From: an uncultured Gammaproteobacteria bacterium
GTDB taxonomy: Bacteria > Patescibacteriota > Patescibacteriia > 2-12-FULL-57-11
DNA: 64,000 bases
Direction: 5' to 3'
Assembly (NCBI GenBank): GCA_964648865.1
Contig: CAZYLV010000002.1
Span: 15,272-79,271, forward strand
This document shows, piece by piece, positions 38,261 to 46,056 of this stretch. The notes under the pieces are model-generated. The model worked only from the letters and a program-made list of their open reading frames with translations, made no database searches and had not been told where the DNA came from. Within the stretch, counting starts at the first letter, position 1. Each line of letters begins with the position of its first letter. Position numbers and translations under genes: made by a program.

Positions 38261-39610
38261 ATGACGGACCTCCGCAGGAAACGGGAAGGTGCGCTGCTGC
38301 TCGCCGTCCTCAACGACCTCAAGCGCAACGACGAGGTCGCGGCGCAGGAGCTCGGCGTCCCGCTCGAGGAGCTGCGTTCGTGGCTGCGCGGCGATGCCGA
38401 GATGCCCCGCGCGGCGAAGGAACGCGCCGCCGCCATCTGGCCGGTCAACATCCGGGACCTCGAGGTGGTCGAGGATGACGCGCCCGACGGGGTCCGCATC
38501 ATGCGCGCCGCGGAGTCGGAGGCGAGCGAGCGCATCCTCTCGCGCGCCGGCACGCCCTACTACGCCTATCGCGACACGGCCATGTCACGTACCGCGGCGT
38601 TCCGTCCCGAGTGGATCGCGGAGCTGGTCTCCGTCGACGGCGCCGACGCGGACGACCCGGCCGTCCAGTGGAACAACGGCCATCTCCTGCACCAGTTCAC
38701 CTACTTCATCGGTCCCGTCAATTTCTATTATGTCGAGGACGGGCAACGACGCGTCGCCGCCATGGAGACCGGCGATACCATGTACATCACGCCGTTCGTG
38801 CCGCATTCCTTCACGACGCGTAGGACCCCCGAAGGGACACGCGGGCTGATCCTGGCGCTGACCTTCGGCGGGCGGCTCATCGGCGACGCCCATCAGGAGC
38901 TCTCCGTGCTCGGCGAGCGACGCGCCCGGGCGTTGCGCCTGGGGGATGCCGTGGGCGACCAAGGGACGGCCGAGCTGCTGCGGCGCCGCATGCGCGACGC
39001 GCTCCACGCGCAGGATTCCTTGGCGGCCGCGAGCGGCGTGCCGCAGGACCGCCTCGCCGCTCTCCTCTCCGGGGCGCGCGCCTCGCCGGACGAGTTGCGG
39101 TCGCTGGCGGCGGCGCTGGGCGTCAATGTCCGCGACCTCCTGGGGCACGATGCCTCGGAGCCTGCCGTCATCATCGAGAGGCGCGACGCCGGGGAGGAGC
39201 GGGGATCCTCCACGGCCACGGTCCGCCCCCTGGCCGGTACCAGTCGGATGCCGGACATGCGGGCCTTCGAGCTGACGCTCCCGCCCGGCGATGGGACGCA
39301 CGGCCTCGAGACGGACCTGCACCAGTACGGCTACGTGCTCGCCGGGAAGGTCGCCCTGACCTGGGACGCCGACGGCACGGAGCGGCGCGAGGTGTTGGCG
39401 CAGGATGACTCCTTCACCATGAAGCCCGGTACGCCGCATCGCCTCATGGCCACGGACGGGCCGGCGCGGCTCCTGCTCCTGCGCATCGGCGGGGCGCTCT
39501 CCGGTGATGCGCGGCTCGAACTCTCGGCCATCGACGCCGGCGGCATCGGTCGGGCCGTCTCGGAATCGACGCAGTGGTACACGCCGTCCGGTTCGCGCGG
39601 CGTCTCATGA
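38261..39610 (+). CDS. mpnS: Methylphosphonate synthase (HEPD/MpnS family non-heme Fe oxygenase)
   Basis: LNDLKR, IWPVN, PYYAYRDTAMS, FRPEWI, WNNGHLLHQFTYFIGPVNFYY, GDTMYITPFVPHSF. His141-Gln145-His182 triad plus Phe155 and Ile176. Confidence 0.88.
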   Translation: MTDLRRKREGALLLAVLNDLKRNDEVAAQELGVPLEELRSWLRGDAEMPRAAKERAAAIWPVNIRDLEVVEDDAPDGVRIMRAAESEASERILSRAGTPYYAYRDTAMSRTAAFRPEWIAELVSVDGADADDPAVQWNNGHLLHQFTYFIGPVNFYYVEDGQRRVAAMETGDTMYITPFVPHSFTTRRTPEGTRGLILALTFGGRLIGDAHQELSVLGERRARALRLGDAVGDQGTAELLRRRMRDALHAQDSLAAASGVPQDRLAALLSGARASPDELRSLAAALGVNVRDLLGHDASEPAVIIERRDAGEERGSSTATVRPLAGTSRMPDMRAFELTLPPGDGTHGLETDLHQYGYVLAGKVALTWDADGTERREVLAQDDSFTMKPGTPHRLMATDGPARLLLLRIGGALSGDARLELSAIDAGGIGRAVSESTQWYTPSGSRGVS

Positions 39611-39629
39611 ACCGACCTGATCCAACCAT

Positions 39630-41273
39630 ATGACCAAAGCCAAGAAGCTCCGTGCGCTCCTCGCCGATCCCGCAAAGACCATCGTCATCGCCGGCGCCCA
39701 TAACGGCCTGTCCGCCAAGCTGGTGGAGGAGGCCGGCTTCGAGGGCGTCTGGGCGAGCGGCTTCGAGATCGCCACCTCCCACGCCGTGCCCGACGCCAAC
39801 ATCCTGACGATGGACGACACGCTGCGCGCCGCCAAGGACATGAACGACGCCGTCGGCATCCCGGTCATCGCCGACTGCGACAACGGTTTCGGCAACGCCA
39901 TCAACGTCATCCGCACCGTGCAGGAGTTCGAGCGTGCCGGCATCGCCGCGATCTGCATCGAAGATAACCAGTTCCCCAAACGCTGCAGCTTCTATTCCGG
40001 CGTGAAGCGCGAGCTGGAATCCGTGGAGGAGTTCGCCGGCAAGATCCGCGCCGCCACGCAGGCCCGCAAGGACCCGGACTTCGTGGTCATCGCCCGCACC
40101 GAGGCCATCATCGCCGGCTGGGGCGTGGAGGAGGCGCTGACCCGCGCCAACGCCTACGCCGACGCCGGCGCGGACATGGTGGTCATCCACTCCAAGTCGC
40201 CGGATCCGGGCGAGATCGCCGAGTTCGCGCGCCGCTGGCAGCGCCCGGTGCCGCTCATCGCCATCCCGACCATCTACAAGGACACCTCGGTCGACGATCT
40301 GGCCAAGATGGGCTTCAAGCTCGTCATCTTCGCCAACCACGCCATGCGCTCGTCGATCAAGGCCATGCGCGAGACGCTGCAGACGCTCCGCACGAGCAAC
40401 GTCGCCGCCTCGGTCGAGGACCGCGTGGTGCCGCTCACCGACGTCTACCAGATCGTCAGCCTGTCCACGATGAAGGAACAGGAAGCGGCGTTCCTGCCCA
40501 AGTCGCCGCCGCCCACCAAGGCGCTCATCCTCGCGGCGGGCGCGCCGCACAACGGACTCGAGGCCGAGGGCAAGCCTGTCTGCCTGCTGGAGGTGAAAGG
40601 CAAGACCATCCTGGACCGTCAGCGCGAGCTCTTCGAGTCCATGGGCATCGGCTCCGTGGCATTGGTGCGCGGCTTCGGTGCCGACCGCATCAGCGCGTCC
40701 GGGATCCGCACCTACGACAATGCCGCGTTCGACAGCACGCTGAACGCGGCCTCGCTGCTCGCGGCCGCCGACGAGCTCGACGGTCCGATCGTCATCTCCT
40801 ACGGCGACGTCATCTTCAACCGCGAACTCCTGCAGCAGCTGCTCGAACGTCGTGCCGACGTGACCGTGGCCGTCGATCACTCCTGGCGCGAGCGCTATGC
40901 CGCCAACAAGCAGGTCCGCCCCGGCACCGAGCTCGTGGTCACGGAACGCACGCCGGCCGTGACCAACGGGTATCTGGTGGACGTCGGTCCGAACCACGTG
41001 AAGGCGGTCGGTGCGGCCGTCGACCCGGCTGCCGCCAATGCCGAGTTCATCGGCCTGGCACGGTGCACGGAACGCGGTGCGACGCTGCTCGCCGAGACGC
41101 TCAAGGAGCTCAAGGCGCGCGACGCCGCGCGCTTCGCCAAACTGCGCCTGGCCGACGTCCTGGCCGAACTCGTCGCGCGCGGCGTCGCCGTGGAGACGCT
41201 CGACGTCTACAAGGGCTGGATCGACGTCGACACGCTGCTCGACTACCGCGCGGCGCTCGCCGAGGTCGCCTGA
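39630..41273 (+). CDS. pepM: Phosphoenolpyruvate mutase fused to a C-terminal nucleotidyltransferase domain
   Basis: AHNGLSA, WASG, DCDNGFG, EDNQFPKRCS, IARTEA, IHSK, IPTIY, IFANHAMR. C-terminal LAAG, YGDVIF, EFIGL, WIDVDT. Adjacent to ppd. Confidence 0.85.
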   Translation: MTKAKKLRALLADPAKTIVIAGAHNGLSAKLVEEAGFEGVWASGFEIATSHAVPDANILTMDDTLRAAKDMNDAVGIPVIADCDNGFGNAINVIRTVQEFERAGIAAICIEDNQFPKRCSFYSGVKRELESVEEFAGKIRAATQARKDPDFVVIARTEAIIAGWGVEEALTRANAYADAGADMVVIHSKSPDPGEIAEFARRWQRPVPLIAIPTIYKDTSVDDLAKMGFKLVIFANHAMRSSIKAMRETLQTLRTSNVAASVEDRVVPLTDVYQIVSLSTMKEQEAAFLPKSPPPTKALILAAGAPHNGLEAEGKPVCLLEVKGKTILDRQRELFESMGIGSVALVRGFGADRISASGIRTYDNAAFDSTLNAASLLAAADELDGPIVISYGDVIFNRELLQQLLERRADVTVAVDHSWRERYAANKQVRPGTELVVTERTPAVTNGYLVDVGPNHVKAVGAAVDPAAANAEFIGLARCTERGATLLAETLKELKARDAARFAKLRLADVLAELVARGVAVETLDVYKGWIDVDTLLDYRAALAEVA

Positions 41274-41274
41274 T

Positions 41275-42384
41275 ATGGTGGACGCACGCGCATTCGTCTC
41301 GGCGCTCGGCGCGGAAGGGTACCGGCTCGCCAGCGGCGTCCCATGTTCGCTGCTGGACACCTTCCTCGAGGCGCTCGATGGCCAGCAGGAGATCGCCCAC
41401 GTCCGGGCGGCCAACGAGGGAGACGCCCTGGCGATCGCCGGCGGCGCCGTCATGGGCGGGACGCCGGCGGTCGTCTATCTGCAGAATTCGGGACTCGGCA
41501 ACCTCATGAATCCGCTGACATCGATGACCGAGATGTACCGGTTGCCGACGCTCATGATCGTCACCTGGCGCGGCAACCCCGCGCGCAGCAAACCGGACGC
41601 ACCCGAGCACGCGTTGATGGGGGAGAAGACCCCGGCCTTCCTGGAGCTGTTCGGCATCCCGCACCGCATCATGCCGGACGACGACGCCGGCGCGCGCCAG
41701 GCGCTTGCCGAGATGTCCGCCGCCGCCCGTGCGCGTCGCGGCACCGCGGCGCTCATCGTCCCGGAAGGGCTGTTCGCCGCGGCGCATGCGCATGAGGCGC
41801 ATCCCGGCTTCACCCGGCAGGACGCCATCCGTGCCCTCCTCGGCCGCGCCCGTCCGGACGATCTCTTCGTGGCGACGACCGGCTTCACGGCGCGCGACCT
41901 CCAGGCCGTCCGCAAGGAGCGCGGCGAGACGAGCGACCGTGATTTCTCGATGATCGGCTCGATGGGGTGCGCCGCACCGATCGGCCTCGGCTTGGCCCAA
42001 GCCTCGGGCAAGCGCGTGGTGGTGCTCGACGGCGACGGCGCGCTCCTGATGCGCATGGGTGTCCTCTCGACGATCGGCTCCCTCCGCCCGCGGAACCTCG
42101 TGCACGTCGTCTTCGACAACGCCGCATACGAGAGCACCGGCGGCCAGGCCACGACCAGCCCGACCACGGACTTCGCCGCCGCCGCGCGCGCCTGCGGCTA
42201 CCCCGAGGCCGTCGTCGCGACGGATGCCGTGGCTGCGGCGCAGGCCTTCTCCGATGCGCCTGGCCTGCGCATGATCGTCTGCAGGGTCCCCGGCAGCACC
42301 GGCGCACCGGCCCCGCGCATCGCCGCCGAACCGGCGGACATCGCCCAAGACATCCGGCGCAGCGTGGGCGCTCCCCCCTTGTGA
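41275..42384 (+). CDS. aepY: Phosphonopyruvate decarboxylase
   Basis: GVPCS, ANEG, YLQNSGLGN, WRG, DAPEHALMG, TTGFTARDL, GSMG, DGDGALLM, NAAYESTGGQ. Confidence 0.93.
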   Translation: MVDARAFVSALGAEGYRLASGVPCSLLDTFLEALDGQQEIAHVRAANEGDALAIAGGAVMGGTPAVVYLQNSGLGNLMNPLTSMTEMYRLPTLMIVTWRGNPARSKPDAPEHALMGEKTPAFLELFGIPHRIMPDDDAGARQALAEMSAAARARRGTAALIVPEGLFAAAHAHEAHPGFTRQDAIRALLGRARPDDLFVATTGFTARDLQAVRKERGETSDRDFSMIGSMGCAAPIGLGLAQASGKRVVVLDGDGALLMRMGVLSTIGSLRPRNLVHVVFDNAAYESTGGQATTSPTTDFAAAARACGYPEAVVATDAVAAAQAFSDAPGLRMIVCRVPGSTGAPAPRIAAEPADIAQDIRRSVGAPPL

Positions 42385-43496
42385 CCTCCTTCCGCTTCCG
42401 CAACGCGTCGGTGACGAGCGGCGCAGGCGCGCTCGAGGTCCTGCGCACGTCGGCGCTGGACACGCGCGTCTTCGTCGTCTCCGGCCGGCATGTCGTCTCC
42501 GATCAGGTCCTGCATCGGCGCGTCACGTCGGCGCTCGGCGAGCGCCTCGTCGGTTGGGAAGCCGTCACGCCGCTTCCGTCCGAGGAGGGGGTCGGCCGCG
42601 TCGCGGCGCGGGCACGCGCGTCGGCCGCCGACACCGTCGTGGCCATCGGCGGCGGCTCGGTCATCGACACCGCCAAGACGGTCTCCGTGTTGGCCGCCAA
42701 CGCGATGGACGTGCGCGACGCGCTCGCCGGCGCCCTGGCCGACGCCACCGTGAAGCTGCGGACCGTCGCCGTGCCGACGCTGTGCGGCAGCGGGAGCGAA
42801 GTGACCCCGTTTTCCGTCCTGTACGCCGACGCGAGGAAGCACTCGCTCGAGTCGCCCCTGCTCCAGCCGGATATCGTGCTGGCGGATCCCGACGTGGTGC
42901 TCGCGCCGCCGGCGCCGCCCGCCAGCGCCGCCTTCCTGGATGCCGTCGCTCAAGCCGCGGAATCCTTGTGGGCCGTGCGTGCGGATGCCGAAAGCGAGGG
43001 GCACGCCGGGCGCTGCCTCGCGGCGGCCGCGGCGTTCCTCCAGCAGGACGATCCCGCGCTGCGCCGGGCCTCGCTCGGCGCGCTGTCGCTTGCCGGCGGC
43101 ATGGCCATCGCCATCTCCCGCACCACTGCGGCGCACGCCTTGTCCTACCCGTTGACCATCCTCCACGGCGTCCCGCACGGCGTCGCCTGTGTCGCGACGC
43201 TCCCGGCGGTGCTCGCCTGGAACGCCGACGTGCAGGAGGAGGACTGTCTCCATCCCCGCGGATCGGCCTTCGTGCGGGAGCGGGTGGCCGAGATCGCGGC
43301 ACTGCTGGACACGCTGGGCGGCGTGACGGGCGTCGCGGAGCGGTTGCGGGTGCCGGTGCGGTTGGGGGAGTGGGGCATCGGCGAGCGCGACCTGGATGCC
43401 TTGGTGGCGGCTTGCGCCAACCCGGAGCGCATGAACAACAACCCCCGCAGGATCACCGCGGAGGCCGTCCGTGCGCTGTACGCGCAGGCGCTCTAA
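42381..43496 (+). CDS. Phosphonoacetaldehyde reductase (iron-containing alcohol dehydrogenase)
   Basis: IGGGSVIDTAK, PTLCGSGSEVT, DAVAQAAES, TTAAHALSYP, HGVPHG, NNP. GTGA coupling to ppd. Confidence 0.85.
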   Translation: MTSFRFRNASVTSGAGALEVLRTSALDTRVFVVSGRHVVSDQVLHRRVTSALGERLVGWEAVTPLPSEEGVGRVAARARASAADTVVAIGGGSVIDTAKTVSVLAANAMDVRDALAGALADATVKLRTVAVPTLCGSGSEVTPFSVLYADARKHSLESPLLQPDIVLADPDVVLAPPAPPASAAFLDAVAQAAESLWAVRADAESEGHAGRCLAAAAAFLQQDDPALRRASLGALSLAGGMAIAISRTTAAHALSYPLTILHGVPHGVACVATLPAVLAWNADVQEEDCLHPRGSAFVRERVAEIAALLDTLGGVTGVAERLRVPVRLGEWGIGERDLDALVAACANPERMNNNPRRITAEAVRALYAQAL

Positions 43497-43708
43497 TCGA
43501 TGTATCCGAGGCTGCGGAGCCGATCGCGGACCGTGGCCTCCTGCTCGGCCGTATAGCGCTGCGTCGGCGTCTCCAGCCGGTCGCCGATCTTGTCCGCCAT
43601 CTGCCGCAACGCCCAGGCGAGATAGGCCTCGACCGAGGCGTATCCCTTCTCTGCGGCGCGTTTGGCGAAGCGGTCGTAGAGGTCTTGAGGGATTTCGATA
43701 TTCGGCAT
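43493..43708 (-). CDS. Second small ribbon-helix-helix protein with C-terminal RLRSLGYID tail (71 aa)
   Basis: MPNIEIPQDLYDRFAKRAAEKGYASVEAYLAWALRQ...VRDRLRSLGYID. Paralog of 37178-37402. Confidence 0.75.
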   Translation of the reverse strand: MPNIEIPQDLYDRFAKRAAEKGYASVEAYLAWALRQMADKIGDRLETPTQRYTAEQEATVRDRLRSLGYID

Positions 43709-43731
43709 AGACTGGGGGCAACTCACGGGCG

Positions 43732-43760
43732 ATGATAGCACCGTCCCAGGACGGTGTCGA
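43732..43760 (-). promoter_or_regulatory. Putative promoter of the second RHH gene with an inverted repeat in the spacer
   Basis: - strand TCGACA-N17-TATCAT with TG extension. Inverted repeat CACCGTCC/GGACGGTG at 43739-43756. Confidence 0.5.
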
Positions 43761-43764
43761 TGGT

Positions 43765-44691
43765 ATGGAACACGTGCGATGCGCAATCTGCGGGACCGCC
43801 GACGCGGCGGTCGTGGCCACGCGCGGCTCGCTCGAAAAGGGCGGACCGACGCTCGCGATGCGCAACGTGATGTGCCGCCGGTGCGGCCTCGTGTACATGG
43901 ATCCACGGCCGACCGCCGAGGAATACGCCGAGCAGTATCGGCGGTTCGAGAAGCACCGCTACGGCATCGACAGCCAGGAGGGGGCCGACGCCTTCGTCGC
44001 CGAGCGCGGCGCGCGCTTCGATAAGGCGGACCTGATCCGTTTCGTCGCCTCGCATGTCGCGGTGCCTCCGGGGTCGATCCGTGCGCTCGACGTGGGCTGC
44101 GCCCATGGCCTCTTCTCGGAGCAGCTCAAGCGCACGCTCGGCTGCGCGGTGCAGGGCGTCGAACCCTCGGAGCGCCTGGCTGCCGCGGCCCGCAAGCGGG
44201 CGGAGATGGACGTCTTCGTCGGCACTCTCGATGCGTTCCTGAAGGCGCACCCGGATGCGGGCGGCTTCCACCTCATCGTGCTGAGCCATGTCTTCGAGCA
44301 CTTCCCGGATCCGCACGCCGCGCTCGAGGGCCTGCGTCGGCTGCTCGCGCCCGAGGGCGTGGTCTACGTCGAGGTCCCGGATGTCTCCCATTTCAAGAAG
44401 ACCATGGACCGGTTCTTCGACCTCTTCCACCCCTACTCCTACAGTCCGGCGACGCTCTCGCGGCTGTTGGAGCGCAACGGATGGAAGGCCATCGGCCGCG
44501 CCGACACCAAGAAGTACCGCCTCCAGGCCATCATCGCTCCGGAACGCCATCCGATGCCCGCGACCCGTTGGACCGAGGGAGGCGACCCGCGCGCGCTGAT
44601 GGCCGCGCTGCGCGCCAAGCGGCGTTGGGACGCCCTGCGGCGCGTGGCTGCGCCGATCGCGCGTCTGGTCCCGCGCCGACCCGTCGCATGA
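43765..44691 (+). CDS. Class I SAM methyltransferase with N-terminal Zn-ribbon
   Basis: CAIC...CRRCGLVYMDPRP, LDVGCAHG, HVFEH, EVPD. Paralog of 31480-32451. Confidence 0.88.
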   Translation: MEHVRCAICGTADAAVVATRGSLEKGGPTLAMRNVMCRRCGLVYMDPRPTAEEYAEQYRRFEKHRYGIDSQEGADAFVAERGARFDKADLIRFVASHVAVPPGSIRALDVGCAHGLFSEQLKRTLGCAVQGVEPSERLAAAARKRAEMDVFVGTLDAFLKAHPDAGGFHLIVLSHVFEHFPDPHAALEGLRRLLAPEGVVYVEVPDVSHFKKTMDRFFDLFHPYSYSPATLSRLLERNGWKAIGRADTKKYRLQAIIAPERHPMPATRWTEGGDPRALMAALRAKRRWDALRRVAAPIARLVPRRPVA

Positions 44692-46052
44692 CCCTCTCAC
44701 GCACCGTCCTCTCCGGCGTCTCGACGCTCGGCGGAGCCAACGTGGCCACGCGGCTGCTGTCCTTCGTCTCCGTCCTGCTCATCACCCGCGGCCTCTCGCT
44801 CGAGGGCTACGGCATGTTCCAGCTCGCGTTGGCCACCGTCGCCCCCGCGGCCACCTTGACCGCATGGGGGCTCGAGGCCGTGGTGCTCTCCGAAATCAGC
44901 CGCGCCGTCGGCACGCAAGCGTTCGGCCGCGCCAAGCGGCTCATGCTGAGCTTCGCGCGCAACAAGATCCTGCTCTCGGTGGCGCTCGTCGCCCTCGCCT
45001 GGCTCTTCCGGCCGCTGGTCGTCGCCCGCTTCGGCGGGTTCCTCAACGAGTACTTCGTCATCCTCAGCGTCTGGGTCGTCGCCAACGAGGCGTTGGCTGC
45101 CGTCGCGCTCCTGCTCCATGCGCACACGCGGTTCAAGGCCATGGCGGCCATGACCGTGGCCGAGCCGATCTTCCGTTTCGCGGCGGTCCTGGTGCTCTGG
45201 CAGCTCAAGGGCTTCACGCCGGTCACCGTCATCGGCGCGTACCTCGTGGGCAAGGCCGGCAGCGCGCTGATCGGCCTGCCGGCCATGGCGCGCGTGCTCG
45301 CGGGCTACCGAGGCGTCGCCGCCGACCCCGAGCGGACGTTCTGGCAGATGGTCCGCGGCCACGGCAAGTGGGGGGCCGTCTCCCAGGCCATCATCCCGCA
45401 GATCGACAGCACGCTGCGTCCGTGGATCACCAATCTCATGCTCGGCACCCAGGCCGTGGCCTTGGTCTCCGTCTCGACGACGGTCTTCTCGGCGCTGACC
45501 AGCCTCCTGCCGGTGCAGAAGGTGCTCATGCCCATCGTGGCGCGTGAGAGCGCTGACCGCCGCAAGGCCGCGCTCATCGCCCAGAAGGCGTCCAAGTACA
45601 GCCTCCTTGCGTACCTGGCGTTCGGCGCCGTGGCGGCGCTCGCGGTCGGGCCGTTCGTGCGGTTCTTCTTCCCCTACTACGGGGATTCGATCCTGCTCAT
45701 CCTCATCACGCTCCTGCGTTTGCCGTTCACCGCCGTCACGCCCGCCCATGACGCGCTCTTCAACGCCTATCGTCTGCAGAAGGGCTTGGCGGGCCACACT
45801 TTCCTCAAGCTGGTGTCGGACGTCACGCTGCTGCCGCTATCCATCCTGGCGTTCGGCATCGCCGGCATGTATTGGGAGCGCCTGCTCAACGTCGCGCTGA
45901 CGACGGTCCTGCGCGAGCGCTACCTGCGGTCACGGGCCCATCTCGCGGCCATCTCGTTGCGGAACCTCGTCGTTTTTGATAATACCGACGTCATGCTGCT
46001 GAAGATGGTGACCTCGCGGTTGCCCTTCTTCCGGCCACGTCCTTCCTCGTGA
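44688..46052 (+). CDS. wzx: Wzx/MOP-family oligosaccharide flippase
   Basis: About 12-14 TM segments, N-terminal LITRGLSLEGYG, glycan locus context. Confidence 0.75.
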   Translation: MTLSRTVLSGVSTLGGANVATRLLSFVSVLLITRGLSLEGYGMFQLALATVAPAATLTAWGLEAVVLSEISRAVGTQAFGRAKRLMLSFARNKILLSVALVALAWLFRPLVVARFGGFLNEYFVILSVWVVANEALAAVALLLHAHTRFKAMAAMTVAEPIFRFAAVLVLWQLKGFTPVTVIGAYLVGKAGSALIGLPAMARVLAGYRGVAADPERTFWQMVRGHGKWGAVSQAIIPQIDSTLRPWITNLMLGTQAVALVSVSTTVFSALTSLLPVQKVLMPIVARESADRRKAALIAQKASKYSLLAYLAFGAVAALAVGPFVRFFFPYYGDSILLILITLLRLPFTAVTPAHDALFNAYRLQKGLAGHTFLKLVSDVTLLPLSILAFGIAGMYWERLLNVALTTVLRERYLRSRAHLAAISLRNLVVFDNTDVMLLKMVTSRLPFFRPRPSS

Positions 46053-46056
46053 TCCC

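Noticed and set aside
38261-39610. XRE/HTH-cupin transcriptional regulator interpretation
   Set aside because: The HTH+cupin repeat is the known HEPD/MpnS architecture, and the Fe-binding and substrate motifs are conserved in a phosphonate operon
39630-41273. Methylisocitrate lyase or phosphonopyruvate hydrolase call prompted by KRC
   Set aside because: It lacks the GH of KRCGH, keeps PepM-type IHSK/PTxY/FANH motifs, has an NTase fusion and sits beside ppd
37489-43496. Phosphonate antibiotic (fosfomycin/phosphinothricin-like) cluster
   Set aside because: There is no radical-SAM methyltransferase, NRPS, resistance or export gene, and the context is glycan synthesis
37178-43708. Inverted RHH genes as ends of a composite mobile element or as antitoxins
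   Set aside because: There is no transposase, terminal inverted repeat, target duplication or adjacent toxin, and similarity is mainly at protein level
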